From contig CAZVHB010000003.1 in NCBI GenBank assembly GCA_964626965.1, forward strand, positions 12,256-76,255: a stretch of DNA of 64,000 nt, in the 5' to 3' direction. Origin of the DNA: an uncultured Candidatus Saccharibacteria bacterium (GTDB lineage: Bacteria; Patescibacteriota; Minisyncoccia; Phycocordibacterales; UBA9973). Under the pieces are notes generated by a model that did not search any database, had not been told where the DNA came from, and saw only the letters and a list, made by a program, of their open reading frames with translations. Shown piece by piece: positions 30,199-38,519 of the stretch (its first letter is position 1; every line of letters starts with the position of its first letter). Position numbers and translations under genes: made by a program.

Positions 30199-30885
30199 TT
30201 ATTTGTTTGACATTTCTCTTGAAACTTTATCCAAAAGACGTGAAGCATGTTCCTTTCCACCGAGTCCAAGTGCAAGACCTCCACCGAGTGCGAGCATCAA
30301 GACGAGTCCAGTGAATAGTGTACCAAAGAGTTCACGTCCAATACCGAGTTGAGAAAGAGCAACCATAAATGCAAATATCCAGATAGAATATTTTGCAACA
30401 GTTGCGAACATCATTGAGTGACGTCCAGCATCTACTGATTTTGCTCCGACAGTAACGATACCAGAAACAAAGTTAGATACATACGCTGCTGCGATAAGAA
30501 CGATACTTGCAACGGCTACTTTTGGAAGAAAGCCAGTGATAAGTGTTACAAGAATAGCATTTAAATCACTGAGACCAATGATATTAAGTGTTACAACGAG
30601 TCCAACAATAATCACAAACCATCTAACAATCCATCCTAGAAATGAAGATGCAGAAAAACTTACACCTGCCTTTCTTGAAAGATCATCAAGACCAACACTG
30701 TCGAGTAGACGATCAAGCTTAATAGTAACGAAAAGCTCTTTTACAGCTCTTCCTAAGAGTGACCCAAGTACCCATGCGAGTACAAAAACGAGAAGCGCGA
30801 CTATCAGATTTGGCACAAAATTTGCAAATCCGAGCCATACGTTTTGAAGAGATGAGGTGAATACCTCTGCCCAGCTTTGATTCAT
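30199..30885 (-). CDS. membrane protein with conserved TM-helix repeats (MscS-N-terminal-like TM_helix family)
   Basis: Repeated 'P.LI.AL.V..L' helices; 228 aa. Confidence 0.4.
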   Translation of the reverse strand: MNQSWAEVFTSSLQNVWLGFANFVPNLIVALLVFVLAWVLGSLLGRAVKELFVTIKLDRLLDSVGLDDLSRKAGVSFSASSFLGWIVRWFVIIVGLVVTLNIIGLSDLNAILVTLITGFLPKVAVASIVLIAAAYVSNFVSGIVTVGAKSVDAGRHSMMFATVAKYSIWIFAFMVALSQLGIGRELFGTLFTGLVLMLALGGGLALGLGGKEHASRLLDKVSREMSNK

Positions 30886-30990
30886 ATTATATTATATTAA
30901 TTATTAATTTGAAACTTTATGCCGACGCACAAAGGTCTCTAGACTAAGTATATCAATTTTAAGAAAAGAAGTAACTAATCTGTGGAAAAC

Positions 30991-31128
30991 CCCCACACCT
31001 ATCCTGCCATTATTCCAAAGTGTTTTAGTTCAATAAGGAGAAAAAAGAGATGCGCGATGCAGACAAGTGATCTATTTCAAAAATGTACTGTTGGAATACA
31101 AAAACACAATGGCAGGATAGGTGTCGGG
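30991..31128 (+). repeat. ~138-bp inverted-repeat-bounded element (copy 2 of 2)
   Basis: CCCCACACCTATCCTGCCAT at 30991-31010, reverse complement at 31109-31128 (one mismatch); inner TATTCCAA/TTGGAATA shows a compensatory change versus copy 1. Confidence 0.55.
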
Positions 31129-31196
31129 AGAAAAGTCCAGTACTAGTTTTTAGTGCGGAGTTTTTAGTTTATAGAGAAAACAGAGCACAAACATAC

Positions 31197-31240
31197 AACA
31201 GCAGGGCGACCAAAGGTCGCCCTGCTGTTGTGTTTTCTAT
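31197..31240. terminator. bidirectional terminator
   Basis: CAGCAGGGCGACC-AAA-GGTCGCCCTGCTG + TTGTGTTTT. Confidence 0.7.
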
Positions 31241-31269
31241 ACCCTGCAACCTACCACCTATTCCCTAAC

Positions 31270-31890
31270 TTAGTACGTCATCTGGGGAATTTTTGAGAGA
31301 ACGTTTTTATCAACAATCCTAATGTGAGAGAAATCAACGACATCCCTGATAAGTTTATCGTACATATGTGCTCGATAGAGAAAATCCGGTGTTTCAAATG
31401 AAGCGTAGGTTAATTCCCTACCAATTTCTGATTCGAGCTTTCGTATAACTTCTTCAATTTTCTGTTTCTTGAGTTTTTTACCAACAATAAGAAGATCAAT
31501 ACGTGTATTTGAATCAGGAATAAAAAAACCAGTTGCAATAAGTAATTCGACTGACCCTACCCCATTAAATCGTTTTTTTAAAGACTCAGCGGTATTTTCG
31601 CTCTTTGGAGACAAAATAGAATAAAGTTCATTCTTAAACATACACTTAGGATTAAGTGTATAAATAACAACAACTTTCTTTGCATTACGAACTGTCTTGA
31701 TTGTTTTATTTTGTTTTTTAACAAGTGTTGATGATAAAAGCCAGATAAGATCTCTTTTAACTATATCTTTCTTGATTTTTGTTTTCTTTGCGATTTCTTC
31801 GACAGTAAAAGGCACTTCAGGGTGCATCAAAAAAAGCCTCATGACTTTGATTCTCTGTATTGAGCCAAATAGTTTCCCTAATATTTCCAT
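31270..31890 (-). CDS. hypothetical protein with N-terminal winged-helix DNA-binding domain
   Basis: 'RIKVMRLFLMHPEVPFTVEEIAKKTKIKKDIVKRDLIWL'. I placed the start at the ATG (MEILGK); the ORF track used an upstream TTG. Confidence 0.45.
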   Translation of the reverse strand: MEILGKLFGSIQRIKVMRLFLMHPEVPFTVEEIAKKTKIKKDIVKRDLIWLLSSTLVKKQNKTIKTVRNAKKVVVIYTLNPKCMFKNELYSILSPKSENTAESLKKRFNGVGSVELLIATGFFIPDSNTRIDLLIVGKKLKKQKIEEVIRKLESEIGRELTYASFETPDFLYRAHMYDKLIRDVVDFSHIRIVDKNVLSKIPQMTY

Positions 31891-31928
31891 TTCTATAGTA
31901 TACAACAAAAAAATCTGTGCAACAATAC

Positions 31929-31959
31929 AAAAGAGCGCAACCTACGGTTGCGCTCTTTT
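31929..31959. terminator. bidirectional terminator downstream of rplL
   Basis: AAAGAGCGCAACC-TAC-GGTTGCGCTCTTTTG. Confidence 0.75.
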
Positions 31960-32091
31960 GTATTTACCTCTTGTTTTACCATTTGGCATTTAGAATCTAG
32001 GATTACTTGAGTTCAACCTTTCCTCCTGCACCCTGGAACGCTCCGGTAGAGCATTCCGAGTACTCCCGGAAAGTTTGAATGAAATAGTAAA

Positions 32092-32454
32092 CTATTTTAG
32101 TTCAACCTTTCCTCCTGCATCCTCGATAGCTTTTTTCAAAGCTTCAGCTTCTTCTTTCTTTGCATTTTCTTTCAAAGTTGAAGGAATACCGTCAACGAGG
32201 TCTTTTGCTTCTTTAAGTCCAAGAGCAAGAGCTTCTTTAACTACTTTCATAACACCAATTTTTTGTTCACCTGCTGCTGTAAGTACAACAGTAAATGAAT
32301 CTTTTTCTTCTGCTACAGCACCACCTGCAGCTGGAGCAGCTGCAACAGCAGCAGCTGATACACCGAACTTTTCTTCAATAGCTTTTACAAGCTCGTTGAG
32401 TTCAAGAACTGATGCATTTTCTAAATCATTAAGGAATGAATCGAATTTTGACAT
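32092..32454 (-). CDS. rplL: 50S ribosomal protein L7/L12
   Basis: Full-length match in character: N-terminal dimerisation helix, Ala/Pro hinge, C-terminal domain '...[40 protein letters not shown]'. Confidence 0.95.
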   Translation of the reverse strand: MSKFDSFLNDLENASVLELNELVKAIEEKFGVSAAAVAAAPAAGGAVAEEKDSFTVVLTAAGEQKIGVMKVVKEALALGLKEAKDLVDGIPSTLKENAKKEEAEALKKAIEDAGGKVELK

Positions 32455-32479
32455 ATTTTTTTAAAAATTAAATTTATAA

Positions 32480-32965
32480 TTATTTTGTTTTTGCGACTTC
32501 AGAAATACCAATTGCAAGAGATTGTATTGGAGACTTGAGAAGGTATGCAATTTGTGAAAGTAATACTTCACGAGATGGGATAGTTGCGATACCAGTCATT
32601 TGAGCAGCATCCATATACTTCCCTTCAAACACTCCACCAAGAATTGCAATTTGATCTTTGTGAGTCTTACTAAATTCATGCACAAGTCGTGCTGGAGTTA
32701 GTAAATCAGCACTGTACGCAATTGCAACTTCACCTGGAAGTTCTGGATACTCACCCTCGTGGTTAGACGCAGTAAGTACACGTTTCAAAAGTGTTTTCTT
32801 AAGAACAGTAAAACCAACGTTTTCAGCTCTGAGAGCTCTCCTTAGTTCTATTGTTTCTTTTACAGAAAGTTTCTTGAAACCGACAAAAACAACAGATTGT
32901 GCATCAACAATTTTCTCGGAAACGAGAGTAATCAATGATGCTTTTTTTTGTTTTGATATTGCCAT
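32480..32965 (-). CDS. rplJ: 50S ribosomal protein L10
   Basis: 'MAISKQKKASLITLVSEKIVDAQSVVFVGFKKLSVKETIELRRALR...'; precedes rplL. Confidence 0.9.
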   Translation of the reverse strand: MAISKQKKASLITLVSEKIVDAQSVVFVGFKKLSVKETIELRRALRAENVGFTVLKKTLLKRVLTASNHEGEYPELPGEVAIAYSADLLTPARLVHEFSKTHKDQIAILGGVFEGKYMDAAQMTGIATIPSREVLLSQIAYLLKSPIQSLAIGISEVAKTK

Positions 32966-33029
32966 ATGTTGATTAAGAATAAAAGACTTAATAAGTCATT
33001 TTATTTCTTAATTGTAAAATAAAAAAATC

Positions 33030-33140
33030 GACCTAATAAAAGCCGAAATTCTTATACACGTAGTGTCATTAGATATTTCTACCTCGGCTGGATTTACGGA
33101 AAGAATGTAGTCCTCTCCACCGGCTGTCTTCGGCTTATAC
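33030..33140 (-). promoter_or_regulatory. candidate ribosomal protein L10 leader (attenuator-type) upstream of rplJ, with sigma70-like promoter at 33145-33173
   Basis: Minus strand: TTGTAT-N17-TATATA promoter, then a ~95-nt stem-loop closed by AAGCCGAA/TTCGGCTT, followed by a U-rich tract before the rplJ AUG. Confidence 0.4.
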
Positions 33141-33370
33141 TCTATATATACCACACATTATTAAAAAATACAATTAATTAACGCGATCCAAGATCTCCCC
33201 AATCACCGCAGGAAGTTCTATCGTCTTTCCCCCTTTTATTTTACAATTCATCTCAGATAGATCACATCCATACCCTATATACAAGCTCACGAGTCCCAAG
33301 AACCCAAGACAGCAAAGCGCAAACAATGTACGTACTAAATGTGTCGTCATATACCTCTAGTATATCACAC

Positions 33371-33970
33371 CTATGAACGTTCTTTAAGAAATGAGTACAA
33401 TGCTTTATGGATATCAAGTGTTACTTTTGAAATAGGTTGATTACCATTAATCTCTTTAAATGACGCATGGTCTTTAAAATAACTCACACTCTTACTTACT
33501 TGGTCTTTGTGCCATGCGATACGTCTTTTCAAATACAATACATCATCCTGATTACGCAGACGCGACAAACTTCTTTTTTTTACTTCTGTATCCGGAAGAG
33601 AAATATACAGTACAACATAGTCATCTTTTTTTTCTTTCATTAACTTATGGAGCAACTGTGCTTCTGGTTTTAATCGTGGATTACCTACAAATAAAAGTGT
33701 TTTATTTTTGGGAACCTTCGAGACATGATCAACGAGAAACTTTTTCATCAACACAACTGGAGTTGGAAATCCTTTTTCTGTTGTCTTTCTGAGCATCTCC
33801 CCTTCTTTTGTTTTTGACAATGCAAGCTTACGCCAATATTTTCCTGACTCAACAGGAGAAAAAGCAAATGTGTCTTTCAACACATCAGCCTGTGTATCTT
33901 TCCCTGATGCAATTTGTCCTAAAAGCACGACATGAAATGGGAGGAGTATTTTTTTATCTTTTTTTATCAT
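33371..33970 (-). CDS. P-loop nucleoside-monophosphate kinase family protein (adenylate-kinase-like)
   Basis: 'VVLLGQIASGKDTQA' resembles the Adk P-loop GxxGxGKGTQ; 199 aa. Confidence 0.45.
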   Translation of the reverse strand: MIKKDKKILLPFHVVLLGQIASGKDTQADVLKDTFAFSPVESGKYWRKLALSKTKEGEMLRKTTEKGFPTPVVLMKKFLVDHVSKVPKNKTLLFVGNPRLKPEAQLLHKLMKEKKDDYVVLYISLPDTEVKKRSLSRLRNQDDVLYLKRRIAWHKDQVSKSVSYFKDHASFKEINGNQPISKVTLDIHKALYSFLKERS

Positions 33971-33974
33971 TGTA

Positions 33975-34478
33975 TTAATCTACGAAAAGAGTCATATAAC
34001 TTTCTTTTGGTGTGTTCTGACCACTTGGGTCTTCTTCCTTGATACGCAGTTTAACCTTGCCGGTATATGTAAAATTAGCCAGAGTCGCAGTATAGGTTGA
34101 TGGGAAACCAGTTGTCCAATCACTCGTTGTTGTAAGTACACTTGTATCGAGTAGTTTTCCATACTCATCATACAGTTCAATAGTTCCTCCTTGTCCTTCA
34201 AATATAACCCAAGGAGCACAATCTGTATTTGTATTATCAATAAGAACTGACACTACAATAGCAGATGCAACATGACTGTTTGGCTCAGGAGAAAGAGCGT
34301 GAAGTGCACAATATATATCCGCATCGACATCATCTTGTAAACCAATTTCTGTTTTTACTTCATCTACAATCTGTACTATCTTGGGTCCAAGAAGTTTTTT
34401 ATCATGAATAGCAACATAATACACTGAATACACAATAAATCCCAAAAGACACAACATTAAAAATCCTTTCATACACAT
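33975..34478 (-). CDS. secreted hypothetical protein
   Basis: Signal peptide 'MCMKGFLMLCLLGFIVYSVYYVAI'; 167 aa. Confidence 0.4.
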   Translation of the reverse strand: MCMKGFLMLCLLGFIVYSVYYVAIHDKKLLGPKIVQIVDEVKTEIGLQDDVDADIYCALHALSPEPNSHVASAIVVSVLIDNTNTDCAPWVIFEGQGGTIELYDEYGKLLDTSVLTTTSDWTTGFPSTYTATLANFTYTGKVKLRIKEEDPSGQNTPKESYMTLFVD

Positions 34479-34546
34479 AGTATATAGAGCCCCTTACAAA
34501 CAAGCAATAGTACAGAGTCGTACCATGTCTATGGTATAGTAGAATC

Positions 34547-35644
34547 ATGCGAATTTTTACTTTTATCACATCACTCACTATTATCATTAGCCTGGCTAGC
34601 GTCATTGTATTTTTTGTTTTTAACTCATATGGAATTTTTAAAAACCCAACAATTAATAAAGTAGTACTGAGTCTTCTGATAATTATGCCAATCCTCCTGA
34701 TTATTACTCACCTAGTCGGCTATTCAACATATTCAAAACTAAACAGTATTATCTACACAACAACGGTCATTTGGTTTGGATGGTTCTTATATATATTTTG
34801 TGCGTCAATAATTCTTGGTATTGTATACTTTTTTATCAAACACACACCACAATCTATTCTTACGCTTATCTGCATCAGTACTGTGGTCGTCATCTCCTGC
34901 ACTATTGGCTATGCAGTATGGAATGCGTCACACCCTGTTGTCACCACAATGAAAGTAACCATTCCAAATCTCTCCCCTCTCTGGCATAATAAAAAAATTA
35001 TCCTTTTTTCAGACACACACCTCGGTCTCGTACGTGGAGAAAAATTTACAGAAAAAGTCGTAGCTCTCGTCAATGAACAACACCCTGACCTCGTACTGAT
35101 GGCTGGAGATATGATCGACGGACCAGCAATCCCCTACGAGACATTCAGTGCTCCATTTAAAAAAATTAACTCTACGTATGGCGTGTTTTATACCCCTGGT
35201 AATCATGAATGGTATAACGTTGAACCAGAAAAATTTATTGGTGTAATGAAACATCTCACCAAAGCACTCATTGATGAAAAATTTATTGTAAACGGCACTC
35301 AGATTGTTGGTATTAATTATGGAATGGAAAATAGTGACGCCACACAGGCGCGATTAGCACGGACAGGATTTGACCCGAGTATTCCAAGTATTGCGATTAT
35401 TCATGATCCAAAAAATAATGATGCGTTAATTGAAAAAGGAGTTTCGCTCGTTGTTTCTGGTCACACTCACTGTGGACAATTCTGGCCATTTACGAGTATC
35501 GTTAAAAAAATATATAAAGATAAGACCCATGGAGTACGTCAACTCGGTGACCAAGCAACGATAACCACGTGTGGTATCGGGACAGCATTCTCACCATTTC
35601 GAATTGGGAACACGCCAGAGATTGTTGTGATAGAAATACAATAA
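34547..35644 (+). CDS. membrane-anchored calcineurin-like metallophosphoesterase
   Basis: N-terminal TM helices, then 'LFSDTHLG', 'MAGDMIDG', 'GNHEW', 'VSGHTH'. Confidence 0.75.
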   Translation: MRIFTFITSLTIIISLASVIVFFVFNSYGIFKNPTINKVVLSLLIIMPILLIITHLVGYSTYSKLNSIIYTTTVIWFGWFLYIFCASIILGIVYFFIKHTPQSILTLICISTVVVISCTIGYAVWNASHPVVTTMKVTIPNLSPLWHNKKIILFSDTHLGLVRGEKFTEKVVALVNEQHPDLVLMAGDMIDGPAIPYETFSAPFKKINSTYGVFYTPGNHEWYNVEPEKFIGVMKHLTKALIDEKFIVNGTQIVGINYGMENSDATQARLARTGFDPSIPSIAIIHDPKNNDALIEKGVSLVVSGHTHCGQFWPFTSIVKKIYKDKTHGVRQLGDQATITTCGIGTAFSPFRIGNTPEIVVIEIQ

Positions 35645-35677
35645 AAAATACCCGGTAAGACTACCGGGTATTTTTTT
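35644..35677. terminator. bidirectional terminator
   Basis: AAAAAATACCCGGTA-AGAC-TACCGGGTATTTTTTT. Confidence 0.75.
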
Positions 35678-35687
35678 ATGACACTAT

Positions 35688-36560
35688 TTATTTACTCCAT
35701 CGTGCGACAATTCCAGCAGGAAGTTTTTTATCCGGGTTTGAAGTACATGGAATGACGAGCTCTCCTGTTTCAATACTTCCACCGTATCTTTTAACAAGTG
35801 GTAATAAATTATTTTTATACGTCGTCACAGAGTATCCTGAGCTATATCCATTAACCAAGAAAAATAGTGGTTCAAGTGAGAGTACTTTGAAAGCGAGACT
35901 AAAAAGCTCAGTTAGTTGTTCTTCTATTTTCCAAAGCTCTCCATTTGGTCCATGACCAAATGACGGTGGATCCATCATGATTCCATCATAGACATTTCCT
36001 CTTTTGAGTTCGCGTTTCAAAAACGAGATACTATCATCAATAAGTAATTTTATCTTTATTTCAGAAAGACCCGAGAGTTCTTGGTTTTTCTTCGCCCACA
36101 TATATGTAGATTTTGATCCATCGATATGAGTCACTTCTGCCCCTGCTTGTGCACATGCAAGTGTCGCACCACCGGTATATCCAAAGAGGTTCAAGACTTT
36201 CACATCTTTTCGTTTAGATTTTTTTATCGTACTTGCAAGCCATTCCCAGTTTGATACTTGTTCAGGAAACAACCCAACATGTTTAAAACTCGTTGGTTTT
36301 ATCTGTATACGCAGTGTCCCAATATCAATCACCCATGATGCGGGTATATGTTTTGAAACAATCCATTCAGTGTGTGACCCTTTTCGAAGAAACCGAGCAT
36401 CGGCTTTCGCCCATGTTTTCTCAGGCAGTGTCTTAGGGAAAATAGCTTCTGGATCAGGACGAGCAAGTGTATAGTCCCCAAAACGCTCAAGTTTCATCCC
36501 GTCGCCGGCGTCGAGTAATTCATAATCTTTTTGATTTGAAAGAAGGTATTCTTGTATCAT
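35688..36560 (-). CDS. class I SAM-dependent RNA methyltransferase (RlmI/YccW-like methyltransferase domain)
   Basis: 'LNLFGYTGGATLACAQAGAEVTHIDGSK', 'IMMDPPSFGHG'. Confidence 0.55.
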   Translation of the reverse strand: MIQEYLLSNQKDYELLDAGDGMKLERFGDYTLARPDPEAIFPKTLPEKTWAKADARFLRKGSHTEWIVSKHIPASWVIDIGTLRIQIKPTSFKHVGLFPEQVSNWEWLASTIKKSKRKDVKVLNLFGYTGGATLACAQAGAEVTHIDGSKSTYMWAKKNQELSGLSEIKIKLLIDDSISFLKRELKRGNVYDGIMMDPPSFGHGPNGELWKIEEQLTELFSLAFKVLSLEPLFFLVNGYSSGYSVTTYKNNLLPLVKRYGGSIETGELVIPCTSNPDKKLPAGIVARWSK

Positions 36561-36756
36561 ATCTATAATATAACCACATAAGGCTTTCTTTTAAAAGGTG
36601 TAGATATACAGTAATTGACATATATTAGATACCATGCTACTATAGACACAAGTCAAATTTCCTTGAAAAAGGATTTTTTTGTTGGAAAAATGAGACATAT
36701 GGAAGAAATTCAATGTGCCTCATTTTTCTCACATTAAAATCTAAAAAAGAAAGATT

Positions 36757-37623
36757 ATGAAAAAAACAATCATTTTAGCCATCTGTGTGATGGTATCTCT
36801 GAGTTCAAAAGCTCAGAATGTTGTACTCAGTGCGAAAGCACTGTTAAGTGGGTGTTTAGACACCACCTCTCTGATTATGCACGACACTTTACGAACAAAA
36901 GGGTTAATCCCCTTACAGACACCGTACACTACGGTGGGTAACCCGTACAATTTCAGCCCTGGTGGCAGTGCTGGCGGAGAATTTATCTCTTCGTCTGTAT
37001 TAAATACCTCAACCAACAACGCAATTGTTGACTGGATCTTTATCCAGCTGAGGCCAGACACAGCAATTGGGACAGTGGTAAAAAGTCGAAGCGCCTTGAT
37101 CCAACGTGATGGTGATATTGTCGATGTTGATGGTGTTTCTCCCGTGACATTTAATGCCCCGGCCTGGAGTTACTACATCACACTTCTCCACAGGAATCAC
37201 CTTGGAGTAATGACTGCAGTACCCATACCACTAACAAGTACAGTAACGGATACGGTCGATTTTACGACAGATCCACTGTATGTAAAAAATGATGTACTCT
37301 ACAATACACCAGCGAGACTCATCCAAGGGAAACAGACTCTCTGGCTCGGGAACACAAATCACGACCGAAATGTAAAGTACAATGGAGGCAGTTTTCTGAT
37401 CTATCCAAACCAAACCATCAGGAATAACGACAAGGAATTTATTTTCATGGCCATAGGGGGTGCTATTTTTCTTCCGATAAATTCATCTTACAGAGATGAA
37501 GATGTCAACATGGATGGTAAAATCCTGTACAATGGCCCAGGAAATGACAAGAACATAATCCTCTACCAGCTTAGTGCAGCGGGTAGTAGTAATCTAACCA
37601 TTGGGCAACATACCCCAAACTAA
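36757..37623 (+). CDS. secreted hypothetical protein
   Basis: Signal peptide 'MKKTIILAICVMVSLSSKAQN'; 288 aa. Confidence 0.45.
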   Translation: MKKTIILAICVMVSLSSKAQNVVLSAKALLSGCLDTTSLIMHDTLRTKGLIPLQTPYTTVGNPYNFSPGGSAGGEFISSSVLNTSTNNAIVDWIFIQLRPDTAIGTVVKSRSALIQRDGDIVDVDGVSPVTFNAPAWSYYITLLHRNHLGVMTAVPIPLTSTVTDTVDFTTDPLYVKNDVLYNTPARLIQGKQTLWLGNTNHDRNVKYNGGSFLIYPNQTIRNNDKEFIFMAIGGAIFLPINSSYRDEDVNMDGKILYNGPGNDKNIILYQLSAAGSSNLTIGQHTPN

Positions 37624-37648
37624 TTTTTTCTACCCCAACCAACAACCC

Positions 37649-37678
37649 AAAAAACGAACCCCTGTGGTTCGTTTTTTT
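37649..37678 (+). terminator. rho-independent terminator
   Basis: AACGAACC-CCTGT-GGTTCGTTTTTTT. Confidence 0.7.
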
Positions 37679-37824
37679 AATACAAAAAATACACACACAG
37701 AATGTGTTTACAAATAATCAATTACATTGTATATTCATATCAAGATTATTCTTTAAAAAGAATTTTGTGATTACAAGAGCCATCAAAGATTGATACTTCT
37801 TGTAATCACAAAAACTTATAAAAA

Positions 37825-38448
37825 ATGAAAAAAATTAAATATTTTTTACTCTATGCAGTATGCATGTTCCCTCTTACGGAACTCTACGCACAAACAGACA
37901 AAGAAAAAGAAGTTGAACAAAGTCTCGCGATGATGACAAGTGACCAAATTGTTGAAAGCTTTATATCCTTCATACAAACCCAAGTCACACCACAAGAAGC
38001 GACCGCTCTGATCAAAAAAAAGGTGGTCTATAAACAGCTTCTAAATACAGCCCCGAAAAATGTAAAGATGACATTTATCATTGCGGATTCGGTAGAAAAA
38101 GCTGATCCAGTGATGCAAGGCAAAAGCTACCATCTTGTTTTTAGTGAACTACACACTGAACATAATAAGTACAAGCGATTTATCGCCCTCGATGCCGACT
38201 TAAGTAACATCTTAAAAAACACAAAAAACCTACAAGCACAAAAAGCAATTCAACGTTTTCAACGATATGTTGCAATAATGCAGTGCATAGAAACAATGGA
38301 AGAAGGACGCACGTATGTAGTCATACTCACAGGTAGCTCAGCGTCTGGAGTGATTAGCTTTGTGCATCGTAAAAATACGAATCCCAAAAAAAATATTTTT
38401 ATACATAACACAACAGGTATTAATGTACCAATATTTGCAAAAATATAA
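37825..38448 (+). CDS. secreted hypothetical protein
   Basis: Signal peptide 'MKKIKYFLLYAVCMFPLTELYAQ'; 207 aa. Confidence 0.45.
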   Translation: MKKIKYFLLYAVCMFPLTELYAQTDKEKEVEQSLAMMTSDQIVESFISFIQTQVTPQEATALIKKKVVYKQLLNTAPKNVKMTFIIADSVEKADPVMQGKSYHLVFSELHTEHNKYKRFIALDADLSNILKNTKNLQAQKAIQRFQRYVAIMQCIETMEEGRTYVVILTGSSASGVISFVHRKNTNPKKNIFIHNTTGINVPIFAKI

Positions 38449-38519
38449 AAATTAATTTTAATAAAAAAAATCCTTTCAATTAAATGAGAGGATTTTTTAT
38501 ATACAATAAACTTCCGAGT

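Noticed and set aside
32075-32464. 129-aa plus-strand ORF over rplL
   Set aside because: It is antisense to the perfectly conserved L7/L12 gene; its Ala/Ser-rich translation is the mirror of the Ala-rich hinge.
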